DNA of 64,000 nucleotides from Vicugna vicugna (Eukaryota): the NCBI GenBank assembly GCA_013265495.1, contig MU058213.1:3720001-3784000 (forward strand), in the 5' to 3' direction. Every line of letters starts with the position of its first letter. Positions within the stretch are counted from its first letter, which is position 1. The notes beneath the pieces were generated by a model. It was not told the origin of the DNA and ran no database searches. It saw nothing but the letters and a program-made list of their open reading frames with translations. The translations under genes were made by a program, and so were the position numbers. Below are positions 26,325 to 40,803 of this stretch, one piece after another.

Positions 26325-28350
26325 ACAGACAACATATAGTTGGGGCTTATTTTTTTAATCTACTCTGACTGCCTCTGTCTTCTAATTGGTATATTTGGAA
26401 CATTCACATTTAAAGTGATTATTGACACAGTTAGATTAAAACGTACCATATCTTTAATTGTTTAGTATTTTTTGCCCTTTTTTTCTTTCTTTCTTTTTTT
26501 GGTTTGGTCTTTTCCGTTTTCTGCCCTCTTTGGTTTTATTTGAGCATTTCATATGATTTTATTTTCTCTATTCTCTTAGCATATCAATTATACTTCCTTT
26601 TAAAATCTTTTTAGTGGTTACCCTGGGATACTTTTAAGACTAATGTCAGTCCACTTTCAAGTAGCACTATACGACTTAGTGGCACAAGTATCTTTTAAGA
26701 GTATCCTCAATTCCTCCCTTCAGTACCTTGTAACATTACTGTCATTCATTTCACTTACCCATAGCTATAATCAACACGTAACAGTATTTTGAACAAACCA
26801 CTATCTGTGAAATCAATTAAAGAAAAATAAAAGATTTATTTGATCTTCATTTATTCCTTCCCATTCTTCCTATCTTTGTGTAGACCTGAGTTTCTGACCT
26901 ACATCATTTTCCTTCTCTTTGAAGAACTTTTTTTAACATTTCTTAAAAAGCAAGTCTACTGATAACAAATTCTCTCAATATGTGTTGGTCTGAGAAAGTC
27001 TATTTTTTCCTTCACTTTTGAAGGATAATTTCACTGGATACAAAATTCTAGGTTGGTAGTTTCCTTCTTTCAGTGCTAAATATTTCACTCTAGTCTCTCT
27101 TTGCTTGCTTGATTTCTGAAGAGAAGTCTAATGTAATACTTGCTTTGTTCCTCTGTAGGTAAGGTGATTATTCCCCTGTGGCTCCTTTCAAGATTTCTCT
27201 TTGTCTTTAATTTTCTGCAGTTTGAACATAAACTGCTTAGGTGCAGGTTTTTTTGGTTATTTGTCTTGCTTGGTGGTCTGTGAGCTTCCTGCATCTGTGG
27301 TTTGGTGTCTGTCATTCATTGGGGAAAACTCTGCCATTATACATCAAATCTTTTTCCTATTTCTCTCTTTCCTCTCCTGGTATTCCAGTCATGCATGTTA
27401 TACTTTTTACAAGTGTACCACAGGTGCCTGGATATTCTGTTCTATTTTTTTTTTACTCTTTTTTCCTCTTTTTATTTTAGTTTTGGAAGTTTCTATAGAC
27501 ATATCTTCATACTCAGTAATTCTTTCGTCAGTCATGTCCAGTCTCTGACGGGCCCATCAATGGCATTCTTTATTCCTGTTACAGTATTTTTTATTTCTAG
27601 CATTTCCTTTTGGTTCTTTCTTAAGAGTTTTCATCTCTCTGCTTACATTCCCCATACCTATGTTCTTGCATGTTGTCCATTAGAGCCGTTGGCATATTAA
27701 TCATAGTAATTTTAAAGTCAGTCTGATAATTCCAAAATCTGTGTCGTATCTGAGTCTGGTTCTGATGCTTGGTTTACCTCTTCAGACTGTGCTTTTTGCC
27801 TTTTAGCATGCCTTGTAATTTTTTGTTGAAAGACAGACATAATATTGGATAAACAGGACTGGAGATACACAGACTTTTAGTGTGTGGTTTTATGTTCATC
27901 TGGCTAGGAGTGAGGATGTGTTAGTTGTTTGCCACTGCTGTGGTGTGTGAGGCTAAAATTTTCTCTAATGTCCTAGCTTTTGTCTCCCATGTTAACTTTG
28001 AGAGTACCTATAAACTCCCTAAATAAGGCCTAAGGCTTATGGTTGTTTCAGCTGTAACTCCATCATTATACAGGAGCCCTACTCATGTGGTAGTAAAGTT
28101 GCAGGGAGCGGGATCATTCTACTGTCCTGTGATGAGGCCCCAGTCTTTTAGCAAGCCTGAGTCAGGTATTTCCCCTTCTCCCACATCGAAGACTAGAAGG
28201 GGCTGAAGTTGGGTATTTTCTTTCCCTCGGGTCAATTAGGCTTTGGTAAAATTTGAGTGGTTACACTCTGGTAGAATAGTTTCGTTTGAGGCAGGCCTTC
28301 CTTGTTAAAGAGAACAGAGCACTCTGGGTGTATTTCAAAATGGTTACTTT
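26325..28350 (-). mobile_element. Old L1M (5' region, ORF1, start of ORF2)
   Basis: ORF 27085-27315(-) 'MTDTKPQMQEAHRPPS' is L1 ORF1p-like; 'cttcacttttgaaggataatttcactggatacaaaattctaggttgg'. Confidence 0.8.
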
Positions 28351-28748
28351 TCTCCTTTTATTCTTATGAAAAGAGGAAAAACTTCACCAACTTCTGGGTT
28401 ATACATCCCATACTTTCTCGCACGTGTAGTCACTGGTATTTTGTGTGTGTGTGTATGTGTGTGTGTCTTTCAACTGTCGACCAGGGCTCAGTGCAATGAT
28501 GACTGTGCATTATCTGCTTAATTTTTATTCAATTCATTTAATGTACAACTGCTGAAACTAAAGATTTCAACTCAGTGGAAATCTTTTACAACACAGTGTA
28601 AATGATGCCACAGCAGAATTGGATTCAGATACCATAAAAATTAAAATAAAGGAGTTACTACCTGGGGCACTCAAGGATCGATAATACTAAACCTTTGCCA
28701 CAGAGATGACTTGAGCTTAGTATTTATTAGAAGACATCTCCTCTAAGC

Positions 28749-28910
28749 CAGTGGTTCACCAACCCCAGTACCTATCATGATCGCGTGAAGGGATGCTAAA
28801 ACAAAGATTGCGGGGGACACCCCCTGGGTTTCTGTTACAGTAAATCTGAGGTGGAGCCCCCACATTTACATTTCTAACGAGTTCCCAGGGAATGCTAATA
28901 TGATCACTGC
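28749..28910. mobile_element. hAT-Charlie MITE (MER5A-like)
   Basis: 'cagtggtt...cagtaaatctgaggtggagccc...atttacatttctaacgagttcccagg...atcactg'. Confidence 0.75.
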
Positions 28911-29375
28911 TCTAACAAACCAAGTAGTGTCATCCAAATACAATTTTAAAGCTTAAAGGGTCTTTTAAAATATAAACTAGTTATTGTATCTCTCTGAAAG
29001 AGTATCTATCACACATAAAAACAAACAAACAAACAAAAAAGGTTCTACATCAGATAAACAGGTCAAGCAGACTAGCCTGTTTATGAATCTGAAACACTTC
29101 AGGCCTTTGAACTGTTTCCCTGTTTTAGTTACTCTCTCCTCACTTCCAGATAAATACACCTCCCTTGGTTATTTGCCGTCTTCAGCCAAGACTCAACAAG
29201 TTACCTTAGCCTTGGGTCTTGGGTCCTAAAACAAGGAGGTCAAATCTTCCACCAGGACCAAACTTTTAAAGCAGCTGTCTCCAGCTCAGTGTTAAGGGAG
29301 TTTTCAATTCCAAGCTTATCTCTTGGGAACTAAGGTGGGACACAGCTCATCAGTCCACAAAACCCTAACTAAGTG

Positions 29376-29593
29376 CAGCTGGCCCTTGGACAATGCAGGG
29401 GTTGGGGTGCCGACTCCTGTGCAGTCAGAAGTCCTCATCTAACCTCACTGTCGCCCTCGGTATCTGAGGTCCTGCATCTGTGGATTCAACCAACTATGGC
29501 AGGCGTAGTACCACAGCATGTATTTACTGAAAAAAACTCCACATATAGTGGACCCGTCCAGTTCAAACCCATATTATTCAATACTACTACCGT
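29376..29593. mobile_element. Tigger2-type MITE
   Basis: Starts 'cagctggcccttggacaa'; inner end 'atatagtggacccgtccagttcaaaccc'. Confidence 0.7.
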
Positions 29594-29959
29594 ATACTCA
29601 CATACGAAAGGTTACTGTACTATGTAGTAGTCACCTGCTCAGTATTTTTAAAATGAGGGACACAATGGCTCTCACTCGGGATATACATCACTTTTTAACC
29701 TAGATATACAGAAGATATTTGAGTAGAACTAAAACTCTAAATACATGATTATCTCAGTTTCATCAATACAATTTCTCAAAAAAAAAAATCAACTGCTGTT
29801 AAGTCCTCTAGTCTGTAAAATGCAGCATGAGTTTAATAACTTGTCTGGGGAGAAAATTACTGCATTAAATACATCAAATACAGAAACATTAATATGTGGG
29901 AGGATAAAAAGTACCTCTAAGAGTGTAGCAAACAAAAATAGGATTCAGTAGTGCCAACT

Positions 29960-30850
29960 GCTGGGTAAGAAATAAAAAGATGCAAAAGGTGTTGCCCCTA
30001 GCTTCAGAGAACTTGTTGTTAAAGCAACATAGGAAAAAAAATTAAGAGTGATTAAGTGCTTAACTGTACAGATCTCACAGACTTGCCACCAGTTTGTGCA
30101 TGCAGTGTGGGTTCCTTTTACTTTTTGATACTGTGTTGGATGAAACCCTTTTTCCCTCTGGAAAAAATATGAGGTCATGAAAAAGCCAATGTGGACTAGG
30201 GTGGCTAAAGAATGTTTCCTAGTACAATGACTTGAACTACGACTTCAAAACAGTTACAACATGATTAAGTAGGATTTGGAGACAGGGGAGTAGAGACGCC
30301 ACAAAAGATGGGAAGCAGGAATGAAAGCAGAATCACAAAATAAAAGGCAAGTAGTGAAGTGCCTGCTGCACTGAAGTGGAGCTGAATGCTGATGAGCAGC
30401 AAGAAATAGGGTTGGACGGATTACAGGGGGCTAGATTACACAGGCCTTTGAAACCCGACAGAAATCTTTAGACATGATATGGTGGGCAAGATGAAATTAC
30501 TGTAGATTTTTAGACAGGAACTACATAAAAAAAGGATGCTTTAGAAGACTTATTTTGGCAGCAATATACAGCATAGTTCAGCAGGGGGAAAAGTCAGAGG
30601 CAGAGAGCCGCTATTTTGCTGCTATAATAATCCAGGAGTGAGATGGTAAAGCACTGAGCTATGGTCTTGGCACTGGAAATAAGAACACAGGGAGAAACTT
30701 AAGTGACAAGACAAACTTGGCAACACATTAAAATACTGGGCATGAGATGACAGAGACAAATCAAATATGAAACCCACATTGCTAGCCTGACAGAATGAAG
30801 AACAGTGGTATCTACTACCAAAAAACTAGAACAACTGGAGAGGCAAGCAA
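29960..30850 (-). mobile_element. L2 fragment(s)
   Basis: Antisense L2 text such as 'ggctagattacacaggcctttgaaacc' and 'ataatccaggagtgagatggtaaagcactgagcta'. Confidence 0.6.
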
Positions 30851-33800
30851 ATGGAGGTGGCAAGGCATCATGGCATAGAAGAAGGGTTAGTGTGAAAACG
30901 CCAAGGTGACAGTGGTTGCAACCTGTATTCTAGCGAATGAATGAGTAGATGTTGTTAGGGCTGTCTCGTCAACCTATCTACTTCTTGACTTTAGCAAGGA
31001 AGCAAAAAGGGAAAAAGAATGGATGGCTGAGAAGTAAGTGTTTGGATATGCACAATTAGAGAGCATCCAGAGGAAGGAAGCAGAAAAGATAAAACATTAA
31101 TCAGAGGTAAGCTCCCTGAAAACAGGGATCCTGCATCCTTGCTCATGAAATCCCCAGTGCCTGGCAGGGCAGCTGGTACCAAGGTGGACCTCAAAAAGGA
31201 ACGAATGATAACTTCCAGGGTGTGAAGGAATCATGAGAAGAAGAAAAGTTAGAGACATAATGAAAGATAAAGACTGAAAAAAGGCCAGAGTTGCAAAAGC
31301 AGGAAGTCAGACTGCAAGAGCTAAAAAGGACAAGACAGAGAAAAGACCTGATGGAAAGACAGAAGCTAAAGGGAAGAGCAGCAGGGTAGACACGGGCATT
31401 ATTTTACTTGTTTGGATATTTTTCCAAAGTAAAAATAGTGCTTGCTCATTTTTTAAAAATTGGAGAACACAACAAAGCAGAAGGGAAAATCATGTCTAAG
31501 TGCACAGTTAACACTTTTAGAACGTATATTCACACTTACTCCACCAAAAACATGAGTGGGCTTACATGTAATAGGATAATAACTGAGGGACTGGAGGGAG
31601 GGAAAGGGATAAGGAAAACAGTGCAGGCTGGGGTAAGATTAGCTAGCAATGATTGTTCTATTTCTTAAACCTTTCCTTAGTGGTCAGAAAAATAGTACTT
31701 TTCTGCTATAATTGTTTTTATTGTTGAAAGGAAAGATTTTTGCATATTGGTTCACAGCTTGTTATTCTTCCTATAAAATGAGTATTTACCTTCTTCATTC
31801 ACTCACCTAATAGCTTTTTTTCTTATGACTATGAATGAACACTTTAGGTCTCTGAGAGATCAACTGTTTGTTTTACTGCAAAACCTTCCAGGTTCTTTGC
31901 TGCTGCTTTAAGGAACTCCTAAGCATGTACCAAGTCACAGGAGAAGCAGTCTGTGGAAAAGAACAGTTTGCTGACAGAAATGAAGTATATGTTAAAACAA
32001 ATCCCCTAAATATGCAGACACAGGTGAAGCGGAAAACAAACTGCCTCCAATAATAGAAAAGTACACGTTAGAGGTGCCAAGAAGGAGAAGCCAAGATAAG
32101 GGCTGAAGGAGGTACATGAGGGACCCCATATTAAACATTGTGATCCTCTTCATTCACTGAGTCAACTCTGGATATCTAGTCCCCTTCCAAGATTGCCATT
32201 GGAACAGTCCTCTGCCTCAGTTCCACCCACCCTCATCCTTTTCTTTTGCATTATCACTTTCATTCTTGCTTCTACCCTTGTACATTAAAATTTAGATGAG
32301 AGGATTGTGACTGGTGAAAACCCCACTCCTCGGTCAAGCAAATTTTGTCCTAAGCTCTAGTTATTCTCATTACTGGCAAGGCATACTGTCATCAACGACT
32401 CTGAACCTAATTCTTGTTCATGGGAATAAAGATCTCCCAGTAAGCAAATCGTTCAATGTATCTGGACCAATAGTTCACCCCCTGATTTTTTTGTTAAGAC
32501 CACAACCCTGAATTTTGCCAGTAAAAATGTGTCCTCACTGAATCCCTCTCTCATCTAATTCTGTATTCGTTTATACCATCAATTATACCATCACTGCATT
32601 TAACAAAATTTACTTCTGTTAAATTCAGTTGATGAGGCATACAACTACACACCAAGGGTGAATATTTTGAAGGCAGAGCTAGAGCCTTACTACTTTTTAA
32701 TCTTTCTATGCCTGTATGTAGTAGACATTAAAATAAATGTGTACTGAATTCAGTTCTTCTTGACCACTTCATTCCGTGAATACAGGATTAGTTGTTGACA
32801 TTCTCACTTCTTTGAAACTTGTGTGCACAGAATCTGCCCAAACAATGCTCACTAATTTCTCCTATTTCAGAAAAAGGGATCATGCATTTAATAACTTGAC
32901 AGTTAAATTTTGATCACAGGTTGCTTATATACAAATGCAATTAATAGAACTAATGAATGCAATCAAATTAGGGAAGTAATTCTCTTACATTTACTGAAGC
33001 ATCTTGTTGGAATACATTTCTCAACCTTCCAGAAGCAAGATATCACTGAAGTGACACTCTTATCCAGTTACATTTAAAAAATTTCATATACACTGCAAAA
33101 ACAATGCCAAGTTCTTGGCTACCCCATATACAAATAATATTTTACTGTCATATTGTAAAGTATTTATTATGCAGTGATTGCTTTGTTTCAAGTATTTCAG
33201 TCTGTGAATTCCTATAAACTTGACATATTGGAAAATGAAAATGTTTTGTTTAAATTTAGTAAAAATTCACTAACATGGATTCATCTCAGGTAAGGCCAGT
33301 GTAAATTACTGAAAAGAATTAATTTATACAACTCAGATCATTCTTCCCTGGAAATTGGAAGAAATTTCAAGAAAGCAGTGGCATATGAGTTGGACCTTAA
33401 AGTTAGACACCCATATTAGCAGGAAAAAAGAGAAGGGTTTTCAAGGTAACAGGCAAAAAAACCAGCACAGGCATAAGCAGAGAAACAAGATAATGAAAGC
33501 AAAGAAAAAGGGTGGATAATACAAATTTAAGTAGCCACTTAATACAGTAATCCCCTGTTCGCAGCTTGTAGCTACTTAGCAGCACAAGGTGATCAAAGTA
33601 GGAAAGCCGCAGAAAAATAAAAAGAACACAAGTAAAGAAAGCAAACCCAAGTGTTCTCCATGCTTGGTTTGTGTCCTAAAGTTAGGTACCATAGATGGCA
33701 ACATCAAGGCTCGAGGGAGTCGCCCTCCAAGATAACGAATAGTTCTTATGTTTAATCTATAACAGTATTCAAATTCCAAAAATGACAAATTTCAGAAAGA

Positions 33801-36800
33801 AAAGGGGAGGTCATTACAGGGTACATGTATCATCATTTCTATTCCTGTGCCCTTGGTAGGCATCGCTCATCCATCAGACTTGTAGTATGCAAGTTCACAC
33901 CAATTTGTGAATCCTGCATTGGAATGAGTGTAAAAGTATCCCTTACTATCCAAACGCAGACTATGAACAGGTTCAGGTAATTTTTTTTTTTTTATTTTAA
34001 GATAAGGCTACTTGGAGGAGATGGTATTTCACACTATATGGACTCTTGCTTCCTACAATTCCAAAACATAACCGATTGGAGTCTGTCACTCTGTCCTCTT
34101 ACTCTTCAAATTCAGAAGCCAAATAGAATTCAAATAGCAAGGATTATCTGTATGTTTTCAGTGTGTTTTCAGATGTGAGGAATATACAACCTCACCTTCC
34201 ACACAGCTTTTTGTAATATATACAGGAGCTACTGTAATAGATGCCTGATAGAGACATTGTGCTTAATTAACCAAATCTCATTGTCTTCTATTACCTCTTA
34301 TGAATAGGAGGGATATAGTCCATGAAAGAGAAAAAAGTAAATGTCTCAAGAAAGAAAATTTAAAGCACTTTTTAAAGTTTTTGTTCATGTAGCTTAAGGT
34401 TAACCACTATGTTAATCTCACAGTCAGCAATTAAGTGCATTAAGGCCTCAGAGCTGATTGTTCCTTTGGAAGATTCTTCCTCTTTTGGTCCATGCTGCTC
34501 ACCTGAACTTTCAGAACCCTCAAGGAAGCAGAAGAGAAAGCAACTTAAAATAGCAAATGTAGAGAAATTTGTGGAAAAGGAGGCCCTGGACAGAGTGGTT
34601 TAGGTTGGTCAGAGGTATGGAGTAACCATCTTACTGTCCTGTTCTTTATGGTACTTACAAACAACACTGTCACAACTACGAATTAAAACGTCTATCCTCG
34701 ATGAAGAGGAAAAGTTGTGAAGTTCAACTCAACATTAAGTTACTCTGAGAAGAATACACACCTTTCTTAATTACATAATCAAATTTACAATATAACATTC
34801 ACTACTGCCTTAAAATATTACATTATTACTGTAGGAAAAAAGTTCCTATGTTAGGTGCTTATAAGTATTGAGTACCTCTTTATAAATGAAACAAAACAAT
34901 CACACAAATAGCCCCCTAGTGCAATCTCTCAGCTAGCAACTAGTAAACTCCCCAACAAGAGGGATTACTGCATAGTCTTACATATTTTTGCATAATCAAC
35001 ACCTCTAAGAATACTTTAAATGCAATACATGCTCAATAAATGTTTGCAGACTGAATCTCACACAACAGGACTCTTGCACAAGGTAAGAATAAGTGAATAA
35101 CACCTTCAGGTATTCCTTCTTGGCTAACACCCAAGGAAACACCGATAAAGCCCAATAATCTGTCCATTGAAAACATTCTGCTGATTGCTGGTTAATTCTG
35201 TTAGTCTTTCACCATATTTATGGTATGCTTTATTATTTGCTGTCAATATTAATTTAGTAACAGTGCCACAGAAATTTACGTTAAAGGAACTTGCAAGGTC
35301 ATCTAATACAAACCTTTCTTTTTACAGACAAGGAAACTAAGGTCTACTTCTCCCACAATTTACGCTTTCGCACTTGTCACCTCATTCTCTGGTCCTCTAA
35401 CTGAATAAAAGAGATTTTATTGCACATTTTTGCTTAGGTTAGTATTACAAATAAATGGGCATTCCTCAAATGCCAGTCTCTAGCATTGCACTTTGTATAT
35501 AGTAGGTACTCAGGTGAGTACTTACACACTGTTTTTGCTTAAAGTGTTCAAATCTGAGTATATGACAATGCTCATTTTAATTATTTTCATTTGTACAATT
35601 TTGGTGTGCAACATTATTCTTCTGTTATAAAAAGTGATTTCACATAAGTTTTTATTTAAAGCATACCTTTCATAATAAATAAGACACTTCTGTCTTTCCT
35701 ACCTCTGTGAAGCTCATTTCCTCCAATAATACCAAAAACTAATAGTGAGACAGAAACCAAATCAGTTCTGCACATTACATCACTCAAAACACTTCCCAAT
35801 GGGGAGAGCAAATTGGTCAATTATTTACACACACACAAAGTCATTACCTAAATTAAATAAGGCCATAAAGTCTAAGGGCTTGAAACTGCTTAACTTGCCT
35901 TTCTGATCAACAGGGAAGACAATTTCATCAGTTTCAGATCAAGGAGGAGAGCAAGGAATTGCCTTCTTTCTGGAATCAGAAACACTTAATGCTGGGATGT
36001 ATCATCTCAGTTGGCCTCAGTACAGACAAGCAAAAAAGACCCCAAGTCTTTAATACACCTGGTATGGAAGATGAATAAGCTGAACTCAGGGCAGGTAGCA
36101 TGTCACTAACTAATTAAAATATTCAAAAGCCAGTTGACGTACTAAGCAGTGTCTAATTTTAAAGCAAAAGGAACATCCTGGGCTTATGGTTAAAGTTAAC
36201 TCTAAAGTTATGAGCTTTATAGTAAATGTTTCCCATTGCAGTTAAAGGAACAATAACTATCATTCAGAGCTAATAAATTGCCTGGCCCAGAACCAAGGAC
36301 AAAACTGAACTACTGAGTTCTATGATAGGGGATAGAAATCAGGACAAATATGGTGTTAACTAAGAAAAACTTATGGATCACCATAAGTTTTGCTCCACTG
36401 CAACTAAGAAATAAAAAAGTTTCTAAAAATTGCTCAACTTGGGTTTAAATTAGAATTTAGGAAATATCCAAAATGGTCCAAATACATAATTCTACTTTGA
36501 TTATAAGTCTAAGTCTCAAAAGTACCAGATTCAGAAGCCTGTATGACTTACAGGACTAAACAAAGACAAGGAACTCTGGCCCCAGCACTGCTTCCAGGAT
36601 TTAATAAATGAATCAGAGGAATCCTATAGCTTCCCTGTCATTCAATTCATCTCTTTCCATAAAGCATGTAGAATAATGACACGTCATATAGGACTGTTTT
36701 AAGAAATGGTTTATAAGGTCTTACTTGCAAATAAAGAGTTATAAAAATAAAGCTAACAATTGGTAATGACTAATTCTTTTAAAAATCTCTGTATTTGTTT

Positions 36801-37834
36801 GTTGAGTAAACACAGTATTAGAACATTTTCTACAATGAAACATCAGGGTTTTTTTTTCAACTTGTAAGTAAAAGTTTGTTGTCTATGTGACAGTCTAATT
36901 TCAAATATGTTAATCACTCTCAACCATGTAGGTATGATTATTCTTAAATATAACTAATCACAAAAAGGCAGAAGAGATTTCAAATGCAGTTTCTTCCACA
37001 ATAATTTTATTCTCTCTGGGTTTCAAGTAAAACTGCCTTAAAAAGGAAAAGAAAAACACTTTGCATATTTTTTTTTTTGGTCTAAACTAAATAGATATTC
37101 TTTTTTTAAAACTATGAAGACACTGGGAGATAGGAAGAGGGGAAAAAACCTGCTTTGGTATTCTTTTTTCAGGTAACCAAAGAGTGGTGCAACGTAGCTT
37201 CAAGAAGTTCGCAGTGAGGTTAGTATGTGGCTTTGTTTTAGGTTGCCAGTATGAGTCTTTATTTGGAAAAAAGACATTAATTACTAGTTTTCTTCTTCTA
37301 ACGAAAAGTGTAAATTGGAATTCTATTATTTTTATTATTTACAAAATACAAATACCATTTTTACAGCATATTCAGTATTAAAACACACCTCTGCAAATAA
37401 ATCTCCTTTCAAGTGAGCAGTATAAGTCATCTGGAACTGTCTACAGAGTGAGAATGAGGAAAATCAAGAAGGGTGCAGGCTTGGTTCATTGAACTTAAGC
37501 TGAAGATATTCATAAATGCATTACACAAATATTACACCACTATAAAGTTGTCAAGTTAGTAACTTTATTTTCTAGAACTCTTTTAAAAATACATTATATT
37601 TCCAATTCTTACAAAAGATGGCTTCTGATGTCATTAAATACTATGATTTTTACTCTGAATACTTCATATTTTTTCCCAAAGACTCAGTTAAGGCTTGAAA
37701 TGACCATGGTCATATTTTTACCAAACAGCATTTTGGTTTAATAAACAGAATAAATTATGAACTGAGATAATAAATAACTCATTGTCCAGCTAAAGGCCTA
37801 CATCACATACTATATTTATATTTGAAAGATAGGA

Positions 37835-37854
37835 AGACAAGTACAGACTTGTTT
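37835..37854. promoter_or_regulatory. Candidate p53-family response element
   Basis: AGACAAGTAC AGACTTGTTT, no spacer, 19/20 match; weaker third half-site CTGCAAGTCC at 37860-37869. Confidence 0.65.
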
Positions 37855-38991
37855 GTGATCTGCAAGTCCAATTATTTAGGAACTATGGTCAACCTAAATG
37901 AAAAGCCCATTTGATAATTATTAAATGCCACATTTCCATTTAATGTAATTTTTAATTCTCATTAGTAATGATACCAAAGGTTGACACAGTAATACAAAAT
38001 TGATAATCTTTCCAAATACTAGCAAATGATAAAATAATTGATAAAAAGACAGTGTTGCTTCAAAAAATGTGAAATGAGATACCTAAAAACTGCAATCTTA
38101 TCCATTAGAAGTGATTGTAATTATATAGATAGATAGATAGATACACATATACACACACACATACATACTATTTCTTAGGAGGAGATGGTAGTGAAGGAGT
38201 TTTCCCTTTCTAATATCTTTATTTTACATAGTCGCTTGATGAATAATATAAATCCAGTCCACAGGGGATATGAGACTATGTATTAAAAATATTTACTAAC
38301 ATTGTTTATGATCTATCAACATTGTTTATCCTTAATTTTTAAATATAAAGAATAATTTTTGCAAATAGGATTTCTAAAGCTGAAAACTGAATGCTAGTAA
38401 GTGTGCCATTACAATTTTAAAATGAAGACCTAAGATTGTACATTTGGGGACTAAGGGGTTTGTTGCTCATTATTTTTTCAGAGCAAGTATCAAAAACTGA
38501 AGTACACTGTACTTCAGAAGTTTTCCTCACATTAAAATCAGTAAAGTTGAAATGGATGTGTAAATACAAATTATCAATGAAAGAATTAAATCACATGACC
38601 TACCGAAATGAGCACTCCACTATCATTATTACTCAATGACTTCAGTCAGTTGCCTATACAACTTACTCTTATTTTCAAAATATAAAGTGAAGGTTCCTTA
38701 CCTTTATTGCTTTTATAATAAATTATACACTACTAATGAAACTTTTAAAATCTGCCTTTCTTAAAAAAGATTTTAGTCCTTCAATTTGTATGTCCCTTAC
38801 CTGAATGTAAAAATCAAGATGCTTAATTCAATTTAATGATGATTTCAGAGATACTGCTGAAAAGGGTGGCGGGCAGGTAGGGAAAATAAACCTAGTTTCT
38901 GGAAACCTTGATGGTAAGCAGGAGATAAAGCATCTCTTTCTTTAAATTACAGCTTTAAAAAAAAGGGTGAGAGCATCCATTGAAAAATAGT

Positions 38992-38998
<7 letters not shown>

Positions 38999-39028
<30 letters not shown>
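38999..39028 (+). repeat. (AC)15 microsatellite
   Basis: Direct reading. Confidence 0.95.
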
Positions 39029-39030
<2 letters not shown>

Positions 39031-40446
39031 CAATTCTATTTATCTGACCTATTCTAATTGTCAAACATGACGACTGTCAACCCTAAAAAATTCTCCTTTA
39101 AAATATTTAAACTTCATTTAAAAATTAAAAGTGAAAGCGAGATACTCAGCTGCCAACTACTGTGTAGTATGAAACTATTAAAGCCTTCACTGACCTACTT
39201 CATATAAGCATCATGACAATATGGACATATGCCAAGAAAATAATGAAAATTACCATATAGGAAACCTTAGTTTTGTATTTAAAAGTTATCACTATCTTAA
39301 AATGTGTAAATATTATGCTGCAATGCCAGTTGTTTTATGATTCATTTATTTTTAGATTGCAATATTAAAAATTAAGAAGTTTTGATATTTCAGTAATCAT
39401 ATTCAATGACAGACATGCAAGATTTCATTTTTAAAATCAAAGCTTCTTTTTTTACACCACATTTAATTCTATTTTTAAACTTCTATTAAAAGCAGTCTCT
39501 TAGACCAAATTCCAAATATTGCTTTCCATTTATAAAATAGCACTACAGTTTTCCAAAAATGTCAGTTAATGAAGAATCCTACAAAAATAATGCAAGTTCA
39601 TATTCAAAGAATATTTGCAATGGTACTAACAGGAGACAGACTTAACTCAGTGTATTTAATTATTAAAAGACTATCACCAGTCTCTCAGAGTTTAATCTAA
39701 TAATGAAACATTGTAAATTCTCATACTAGAAAGTACAGGAAAAGGAAAGGGTATTTCATCCATGGTTTCTAAAAAAAGACACAAAAAAATGGCAAGCCAC
39801 TTATTTTAAATTAAAGACATCTTTTCAAATCAGAAAATCACTTTACAGTGTAAACTACCACCTTAAAATAAAATATCAAATACTAAAGAAACCCTTTCTT
39901 CATAATCAATGCAAAGAATAAAATCCCTAGAAGAGAAATTTAATCTCAGAATAAAGAAGGCAAAAACACCCAGAAACAGCAGCTAAACCAACTGAAAGGA
40001 AGACACATTAGGTTTTGTGCTGCATGTTAATATTCTTACGCACAGTGTCTGGTGAAAATTCACAATACACTTCTTCCTCCCTGTATGACTGCAAAAAGGA
40101 GTAAACACATTTTACATTCCTCAGTCCTAAATTCATGCTATCATAATGCAATAGGACTTAATTTCGACCCATATTTCTCTTATACATAAGTGAAAAACAC
40201 AAATAACTTATTTATCTGCACTCACAATTGAGGAGGGGGTAAAAGCATTTTTTGACTCCCGAGCCCAGGGGCTGATGCAAAGTCCCCACACCTCCAGAGA
40301 TCCTAAAAATATGCACCCGACTCTGGATACCCACATTCAATGAATGCAGCAGCCTCCTCCTTCGCTCCCCCGCCCGCCGCCCCCCACCCTCTTTGCAGCA
40401 GAAATGTGCCTGGGCTTTTTTACCCCAGCGATGGAGGATCCTCTTA

Positions 40447-40626
<180 letters not shown>

Positions 40627-40785
40627 AGNNNNNNNNNNNNNNNNNNNNNNNNNNAGGAGGAGGAGGAGGAGGAAGGAAGCTGGAAAAGCTAGGCCTTTAC
40701 CCCAGGGCTCGAGTGAGTCGCTTTCGCCTGCCGCCTGGGGGACATCACCGGGGAGACCGAGCAGGCTCCTCACGGCCGGGGCGCT

Positions 40786-40803
40786 TCACCGCGGGAGAGG
40801 CAT
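40786..40803 (-). promoter_or_regulatory. Upstream ORF MPLPR* in the RFX7 leader
   Basis: GCCGCC ATG CCT CTC CCG CGG TGA; -6 to -1 context is the Kozak consensus. Confidence 0.6.

Noticed and set aside
33877..33898. Additional p53-like site AGACTTGTAG-T-ATGCAAGTTC
   Set aside because: It needs a spacer and has three mismatches, which is within chance expectation.
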